Shown piece by piece: positions 56,986 through 64,000 of a stretch of DNA of 64,000 bases. Where the stretch lies: contig CAVVPN010000012.1 of the NCBI GenBank assembly GCA_963750165.1, positions 1-64,000 of the forward strand, given 5' to 3'. Position 1 is the stretch's first letter. Every line of letters begins with the position of its first letter. The DNA is from an uncultured Gemmataceae bacterium (GTDB taxonomy: Bacteria > Planctomycetota > Planctomycetia > Gemmatales > Gemmataceae). A program made the position numbers and the translations under genes. The notes beneath the pieces were generated by a model that saw nothing but the letters and a program-made list of their open reading frames with translations, was not told the origin of the DNA and did not search any database.

Positions 56986-58314
56986 ATGAAATCCCGAATC
57001 CTCCTGCTGTTCGCGGCGGCGCTGCTGGCCGGTTGCGGCGGTCAGCGGCCGCAGTCCGAGAGCAAGCCCGGCGCGTCCACGGTGGCGAAGGTCCAGAAAG
57101 TTTCGCCACAGCGCAAGGAACTGGTGCGCGTCGTCGAGCAACCAGGAACGGTGCAGGCGTATGAGGAGACGCCGCTGTATGCCCGATTGGCTGGCTATGT
57201 CAAGAAGTTCCACAAGCTCATCGGCGACAAGGTGAATCCGGGCGACGTGCTCGCGGAGATCAGCATCCCCGAACTCGTGGAGGAGTCGAACCAGAAGGAG
57301 CAGCTTGTCAAGCAGGCGCTGGTCGAGGTGGAGCTAGCGCGAAAGAATTTGGCGACGGCCGAGGCCCACGTGACCGCAGTGGCGGCGCAGGTGAAGGTCG
57401 CCGAGTCGGCGTTGACCCGCGCCCAGGCCAGCTACGAGCGCTGGCAGTCCGAGCACCGGCGCATGACCAAATACGTGGCCGACAAGGTGCTTGAACGGCA
57501 AACGCTCGACGAGACGCTCAACCAGTTCAAGGCCGCCGAGGCCACCCGCGACGAGACGCGGGCACAGATCATCGCCACGCAGGCGCTGGAGGCGAAGAGC
57601 GTCGCGGAGAAAAACCGGGCCGAGGTGGACGTGATGCTGGCGCAGGCCCGCGAGCATGTGGCGAAGGCGGAGGCACGGCGCGTTGCGGAGCTGGTCAAGT
57701 ACACGCGCGTGCCGGCGCCGTATGCGGGGGTGGTGACGAAGCGCAACGTGGACACCGGCCATTTCGTGCAGCCGGCGGACAGCGGTCGGGCGGTGCCGCT
57801 GTACACCGTCGTGCGCCGCGACAAGGTGCTGGTCGTCATTTACGTGCCGGAGCTGGACGCCGTCCTGGTGCGCGAGCGGCAGCCCGTGACGGTGACCGTG
57901 CAGGCTCTGGGCGGCCGTGCGTTCCTGGGCACGGTGTCGCGCACGTCGTGGGCGCTGGAGCCGGGCACGCGGACCATGCGAGCCGAGATCGACCTGGAGA
58001 ACCCCCAGGACGAACTGCGGTCGGGCATGTATGTTTACGCGCGTGTGACCACGAAGCTGCCGCCGGCGTGGGTGCTGCCGGCCGCCGCGGTCGTCAAGCA
58101 GGGCGATCAGCTGATGTGCTTCCGCGTGGAGGGCACCAGGGTGGTGCGGACGCCCGTGCAGGTCGGCCACTCCGATGGGGAATCGGTGCAGGTGCTGCGC
58201 TGGCAGAAGACCGCGGCGCCGGTGACATGGGCGGAGTTTTCCGAGGGCATGACCGTTGCGGCGAAGGCGAAGGGGCTGACGGACGGGCAGACGGTCGAGG
58301 TCGCCGGCCGCTGA
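56986..58314 (+). CDS. RND periplasmic adaptor (MFP), lipoprotein
   Basis: LLAGC lipobox, APYAGVVTKRNVDTG, TRTMRAEIDLEN, GMYV. Confidence 0.9.
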   Translation: MKSRILLLFAAALLAGCGGQRPQSESKPGASTVAKVQKVSPQRKELVRVVEQPGTVQAYEETPLYARLAGYVKKFHKLIGDKVNPGDVLAEISIPELVEESNQKEQLVKQALVEVELARKNLATAEAHVTAVAAQVKVAESALTRAQASYERWQSEHRRMTKYVADKVLERQTLDETLNQFKAAEATRDETRAQIIATQALEAKSVAEKNRAEVDVMLAQAREHVAKAEARRVAELVKYTRVPAPYAGVVTKRNVDTGHFVQPADSGRAVPLYTVVRRDKVLVVIYVPELDAVLVRERQPVTVTVQALGGRAFLGTVSRTSWALEPGTRTMRAEIDLENPQDELRSGMYVYARVTTKLPPAWVLPAAAVVKQGDQLMCFRVEGTRVVRTPVQVGHSDGESVQVLRWQKTAAPVTWAEFSEGMTVAAKAKGLTDGQTVEVAGR

Positions 58315-58533
58315 CGGCGGCGCGGCGTGAGGCGTCCTGCTCCCGTAGCTTCACACGCAACACCGCCTCCAGCACATCCGTCTGCCGATAGCCGCGTATT
58401 TTTTGTTTGACAGAGCCGAAAGGTTCGCTACCCTGGCGAATAAACCGTGAGACTTCGTGCGCGTTTGGTCCACATGCCGCGCCGGCTGTTTTTCCCCGTG
58501 AACGCCAACCGCTTTTCACCAGGAGACTCGACC

Positions 58534-60524
58534 ATGGCTCCCCCCTCATGGCTTCAAACGCTGAAGGGCATTCTCGGCAGCCGCCGCCGGTGCGCCGCCC
58601 TCCCTGGACGCTCCTTCGTGCCCCAGCTGCTGGCCCTTGAAGATCGCTGTTTGCCCAGCACCTTCCCAGTCCTGAATCTCAACGACAGCGGCCCCCACTC
58701 CTTGCGGGCGGCCGTCGCCGCCGCCAATGCCAATCCCGGTCCCGACACCATCACGTTCGCGGATCATCTCCACGGCACGATCCGGCTCACGAGCGGCGCA
58801 TTGCCGATCAACGACAGCGTGACCATCAACGGTCCGGGGGCCGACCAGCTGGCCGTCAGCGGCACCAACGCCAGTCGGGTGTTCGAGCTGGCGACGAGCC
58901 TGAATGTGACCATCAGCGGCCTGACGATTACTCACGGGAGTGCCCTCGACCTGGCGGGTGGCATCCTGAACAACGGCAGTAACCTGACCCTCACCAGAGA
59001 TAGCCTGACCCAGAACGTCACCTCTGAAGGCACGACGGATACCAACGGCGCCCAGGGCGGCGGCCTTGCGAGTCTGGGCGGCATCGTGAACATCACCGAC
59101 TGCACGATCACCGACAACCAGGCGCTTGGCGGCGCAGCGCGTCGGCGTCCGGGCAAGCGTATGGTGGCGGCCTGTTCCTTGCCGCGGGCATTGCCACGAT
59201 CCGCAACAGCACATTCATCGGCAACCTGGCACAGGGAGGAGCCAGCAGTTCCGACGGTGAATGCGGCGGTGGAGCCATCAATACCGGCGGTGTCCTGTTC
59301 ACGGACTCCGTGCCGCTGGTTGTGACCAACAGCACCTTCAGTAACAACCTGGCCGTGGCCAGTGCCAACTGTCCTGGCAACGCCGGCGATGGCGGGGCCA
59401 TCAGTTCGGGGATCGGTGGCATTACCATCTCCGGCAGCACCTTCGATCACAATCAGGCTGTCGGTGGCAATGGCGGAGTCAATGAATTCGCGGGAGAGTC
59501 CGAAGGCGGTGCCATCGGTAACTATGGTCCCCTGACCGTCTCCGGCAGCACGTTCGACGGCAACCTGTCCCGCGCCGGCAACGGCGGCCAGGGCGATCCG
59601 GGGGCAGTGGACGTTGATCCCTCCGTGGACGTGAGCTACGGCGGCGCCATTGCCAGCCTGTTCGGCCCCGGCACGGACTACTTCTACTCCAGCCTGAACG
59701 TCACCGGCAGCAGCTTCAGCAACAACAAGGCCATCGGCGGCAATAACGCCACTGCCACGGGGACCGACATTGTCGAGGCCGGAGCGGCCGAGGGCGGTGC
59801 GCTTGGCGATGAGTTCGGCGTGGCGGCGACCATTACCGGCAGCACGTTCAACAACAACCAGGCCATTGGCGGCAACGGCAACAGCTGTAGCGGGCCGGTG
59901 ATCGATGACGGCACCGGCTTCGGCGGCGCGATCCTGTGCGGCTTCGGCGGCGGCTATTACGGGGCAACCACCCTCACCGTCAGCAACAGCACGTTTACCG
60001 GGAACAATGCCACCGGCGGCAACAACAACACCGGCACGGCCGGCACGGCGGGCTTTGTCGGGTCCGGGGTCGGCGCTGGCATTGCGAACTACCTGGGAGG
60101 CGCGGCCAGCGTCAGTGGCAGTGCGTTGGTCCTCGGCGAGGCCAGCGGCGGTCACGGCAACACAGCCAGCGGCACCGGCGTCTTCGCCGGTCTCGGAGCG
60201 GGCGGCGGGATCTTCAATGCCGTGGGGAACTACAACTCTTCGGGCTACGGCCAGTTCAACCCCAGCGTCGTCACCGTCAGCAACAGCCTGATCAGCCTCA
60301 ATCAGGCCGAGGGACAGGGCGGCGGGGCTGGCCTGGGCGGCGGCGCCTACAACGACGCCACCTCTTCGCTGGCGCTGACGAGTTCCCTGGTGACGCTGAA
60401 CCAGGCCGACGGCGCTCCGGGCAGCGGCGGCGGAGTCTACACGCTCGGGACGTTCACCCACGACGCCCAGACCTTCATCATCTTCAACCACGCCAGCACG
60501 AGCGGTGACAACATCGGGATGTGA
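58534..60524 (+). CDS. Extracellular beta-helix protein (Pmp-like GGAI/FxxN repeats) with LEDRxLPS leader; frameshift near 59140
   Basis: LALEDRCLPS, DSGPHSLRAAV, repeated STFxxNxAxGG and GGAI. Confidence 0.82.
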
Positions 60525-60985
60525 CGCCCTTCCGTGTCGTTTTCGTTCGTAGTTTCGCCTTCAGAGAGCGTCCAGCTTTCAAGTATTGGTAAATAAGGAG
60601 TTACGGCGAGCCAGGTGGCCCAAAATGGGGGTGGAGGGGTCCGGGAATACCTGAACAAAAAGCCCCATTCCGAGACGTAACCCTCTTGCCGTAAACCCTT
60701 TCCCTGCACCACTTATAAGCTGGACGATCTCTTCAGGCGGTCCTTTGTGCCGGAGCAAGGGACCGCCGGCCACCAGTCGCGCTTGCCCCCGGGGTGGTTT
60801 TCTCTCACGGGGGTGAGATGAAATAACCGCCTGGCAGCACAGGAGTTGCCGTTTCATCTCACGTTTCTTGCACACCCCTATGGGCCAAGTTGCGCCCGCC
60901 CGCGCTGATCCGTGCCGGCTGGCGCCCGGCGTTGCCGGCTTGAAGGTGCCCGCTCGGTCTCGACCGTGCCGGCCAGCGCCCGGCG

Positions 60986-61234
60986 TTACCGGCGCGGGTC
61001 GTTTACGAAAAGAGGCAGGGCTCCGTCCCGGTCGGGCCAGACCACCAGGTGCCAGTGGTTGGGCATGAGCACGTAGGCCAGCAGGCGCATCGCGTGCCGC
61101 TCCCAGGCCTGGCGCAAGACCTTCTCGAAGGCCGCGTAGTCGGCCGGCTTGTGAAACAGCGTGCCCCGGCCCACCGCGCGGTTCAGGACGTGGTAGACGT
61201 AGCCGGCGTCGGCACAACGGAGGCGTCTGGCCAT
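60986..61234 (-). mobile_element. 5' fragment of a REP-associated tyrosine transposase (RAYT, IS200/Y1 HUH family)
   Basis: MARRLR...YHVLNR...LF...DY..F...AYVLMPNHWHLVV (HUH). Truncated before the catalytic Tyr. Confidence 0.85.
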
Positions 61235-61324
61235 GACCGTCGCTTACCCGACCCACCCGCCACTGTCAAAAAGAAAGCTGACCCCTTTTTCTCTTCTCTT
61301 GTTTTCCTCTTCTCCTCTTGACGT

Positions 61325-63647
61325 TCATTTTTTCTGGATTCTTTCAAGAGCCCTCAAGCACGAACGACGAATAACTTCATCAGTGGATGCGATTCCTTTC
61401 ATTAACGCGGGTACGGCCGCCTTGGCTTCAGGACCGATGCTTCCAAGAGTAATAGCGGCGGCACGCTTCGTCATTACAGACCGGCTCTCCAACAGCTTAA
61501 TGAGTGTCGGCACGGCTGGTTTCGCCTTCCCGCCCATTTCCTCAAGGCCGCTCATTGCGTAATGCTGAGTGGTGTCATCATTCTCTTTCAACAACTGAAT
61601 TAATTCAGACAGGTTTTCCTTTGCTTCAAACCCCAGATTTTTGAGGGCGAATGAACAATACACTCGTACCTCGCCCGACTTGTCTTGTTTCCATGAATTA
61701 GCCAATGCTGAAATAGCAGCCTTATTTCCAATGTGTCCCAGCGCTTGAGCCGCGTACACTCGAATTTGTTGTTCGGGGTCGCGTAAAGAAATGCAAAGCG
61801 CTTCAGTCGCGGCTTTTGTAGATTGGCCGAGGTCTCCCAACGATTGGATCGCGCGAACTCTCACACTCACCTTTGAGTCCCTGACGGACCTAAGGCAACG
61901 TTTCAAAATTAATCCGCAGTTCCCTTCTACAATAACCCTGGCCCAACCGGGGGCCTGGTTTGGAAGGGAGGCAGAGCCGTGGACATCCACCAATGCCAAT
62001 GCCCTCACTGCCGACAAGGTGCGGACCACCCCGAACGCGCCCTCCATTACCGGCTCAACCTTCTCCTGAGCCGGTTGGATGAGCACCAACGCCGGTGGTT
62101 GGCAGCCTGGGAGTCCCAGAAGGTCGGCCGCGGCGGCGACCGCCTACTGTCCCTCATCACCGGCCTGAACGTGGAAACCATCCGGCGCGGTCGCCGGGAA
62201 CTCGAGGACTCCCTGCGGGACTGCCCCCCGGATCGCATCCGCCGGCCCGGGGCAGGACGGCCCGCTGTGAAAAAAAAGTGCCGGGCCTCATGAACGCTTT
62301 GAGGCAGCTGGTTGAGGAGCAGACCGCCGGCAGCCCGCAAACCTGTCAGAAGTGGGTGCGCCACAGCGTCGCCTACCTGAGCACGCGGTTGCAAGGCCAA
62401 GGCTTCGCCGTCAGCCCCGCCACGGTCTATCGCCTGTTGGACGACCTGGGCTATTCGCTCAAGGCCAACCGCAAGCGCTTCACCGGCCCGCCTCACCCAG
62501 ACCGGGACCGGCAGTTCGCGTACATCGCCGGGCAGCGGCGCCGCTTCGCCATCCTCGGCCAGCCGGTGATCAGCGTGGACAGCAAGAAAAAGGAGTTGAT
62601 CGGCAACTTCAAGAATGCAGGGCGGCAGTGGTGCCGGTGCGCCACGGAGGTCAACGCCCACGACTTCCTGGACGACGCCTTGGGCCGGGCCGTCCCCTAC
62701 GGGGTCTACGACGTGCGCCAGGACCGCGGCCATGTCTACGTGGGGTTGTCCGCCGACACCGCGGCGTTCGCGGGGGACGTGATCGGCCGGTGGTGGCGCG
62801 GCGAGGGACGGCTGTGGTACCCGCAGGCCGACGAGTTGCTGATCCTGTGCGACGCGGGCGGGAGCAACAGTTGCCGCGTGCGGTTGTGGAAACAGCGCCT
62901 CCAGGAGGAGTTGGCCGACCGCTGGGGGCTGTGGGTGACGGTGTGCCATTACCCGCGGGGGGCGTCGAAGTGGAACCCGGTGGAGCACCGGCTGTTCAGC
63001 CGCATCAGCGTCAACTGGGCGGGGGAGCCGCTGCGAACCGTGGAGACGCTGTTGGCCTGCATCCGGGGCACGGAGACGGACGCCGGTTGGGCGGTACGTG
63101 CGACGTTGCTGGACGCGGAGTACGCGAAGGGGGTCAAGGTGCCGGACGCAGAAATGCAGACGTGGCGCCTCCAAAGGCATGCCGTCTGCCCCAGTTGGAA
63201 TTACACCATCAAGCCACGTTGGACAATATTCTAACATCAGCACCCAGGTGTAAGCTGCGGACTAATTTTGAACGGCTGCCTAATCAATGCTTCGATGGTT
63301 TCTGGAAAAGGCGGTTGAATGGATGTTAATGACTGTGCAGCAAAACAGCGAACACCCTCGCTTGGGTCAGCGAGCGCTTTGATTAATGCCGTTGCGCGAA
63401 GTTTACTGTATCCTTCAATAGACGCAAGACGCAAGGCAGCCAGCATTCGCTTAGGCTCGTCTTCGCTTTTCAGCATTTTCAGGAGGTTGTCAACGTTAAC
63501 AGACCTTTTTTCGGAATGATCATCAGAAGAAGATTGTTGGATTGAAAAGGAGGTGACATGGAATACCACTGGTTTCCCACAGTCGCACCCCATGAGAATG
63601 TTAGAGCCAACAAGCGAAAAGATGACCGAAACGATATAATGGTTCAT
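61325..63647 (-). pseudogene. HEAT/PBS-lyase repeat protein (310 aa reconstructed) interrupted by an IS
   Basis: Removing the IS and one TAA joins ...PETIEALIR|SVRDSKVSVRVRAIQSLG... in frame. AGGAG RBS; AT-rich. Confidence 0.88.
61894..63280 (+). mobile_element. ISAzo13-family insertion sequence (transposase ORFs 61979..62293 and to 63234, joined by -1 frameshift)
   Basis: Imperfect TIRs GGCAACGTTTCAAAATTAATCCGCAG / CTGCGGACTAATTTTGAACGGCTGCC; TAA target duplication; ISVDSKKKELIGNFKN, DAGGSN, SKWNPVEHRLF, WNYTI; A8G run at 62270. Confidence 0.93.
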
Positions 63648-63845
63648 CGCTTTCTCCTAACAATGGAGTTGCATTTACCCAAGCAGTTCGCTTAACGCCT
63701 ACCAACACTTCATGGCCGAACCAGGCGGAAATACTGATCCATGCTTTCAAGTATTACTACCTGAGAGGAAAAGGGGTCAGGTTTATTTACGGCTACAAGG
63801 CCGAACATGGATTGGGGCGCTCGCCGCGCCTCGGTTTTCCCAGTT

Positions 63846-63905
63846 TTACGCTGGCCGGCGGCCGCGCAAGACGTGTGTGTCTTGCGCGGCCGCCGGCCAG
63901 CGTAA
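63846..63905. repeat. Perfect 27-bp-stem hairpin (REP-like)
   Basis: TTACGCTGGCCGGCGGCCGCGCAAGAC-GTGTGT-GTCTTGCGCGGCCGCCGGCCAGCGTAA. Confidence 0.8.
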
Positions 63906-64000
63906 CCGCCCCCTTTTCGGATTGCAAGTAAGAAACGCCGGGGAAACGACAAGCCACCCGGACAGTCTTAAATTGGTGACGAGAAGTCTCCGCATGCTCC

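Overview
GC-rich bacterial chromosome segment, almost certainly from a planctomycete and probably Gemmataceae. Family markers include a DUF1559 prepilin-like protein, a DUF1549/DUF1553 protein, TIGR03067 proteins, LE[S/D]RxxPS-motif extracellular proteins and an ISAzo13 element. Frameshifts occur even in ligA and the RND pump, so most are probably long-read indel errors. The backbone carries tsaB, an RNase HI, hppA, ligA, glmS, ilvC, a UbiD decarboxylase, a TolC/RND/MFP efflux set, and tRNA-Thr(CGT) and tRNA-Pro(CGG). Accessory highlights: (1) an integrase island at tRNA-Thr with a twice-repeated perfect 16-bp palindrome; (2) a PIN toxin-antitoxin pair bracketed by a 115-bp duplication of the host gene's 3' end; (3) five tandem, mosaic secreted TIGR03067 paralogues; (4) a two-gene sensor-enzyme module (receiver-like + LuxI/FeeM-like acyltransferase; TM-PAS + SAM methyltransferase), my best candidate for an undescribed system; (5) an AT-rich HEAT-repeat gene, cleanly split by ISAzo13, lying between AAAAGGGGTCAG motifs next to a RAYT-type transposase remnant; (6) many REP-like palindrome families, several nested inside each other. 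No CRISPR array, rRNA or reverse transcriptase was seen. All domain calls are by-eye motif recognition, not database searches.
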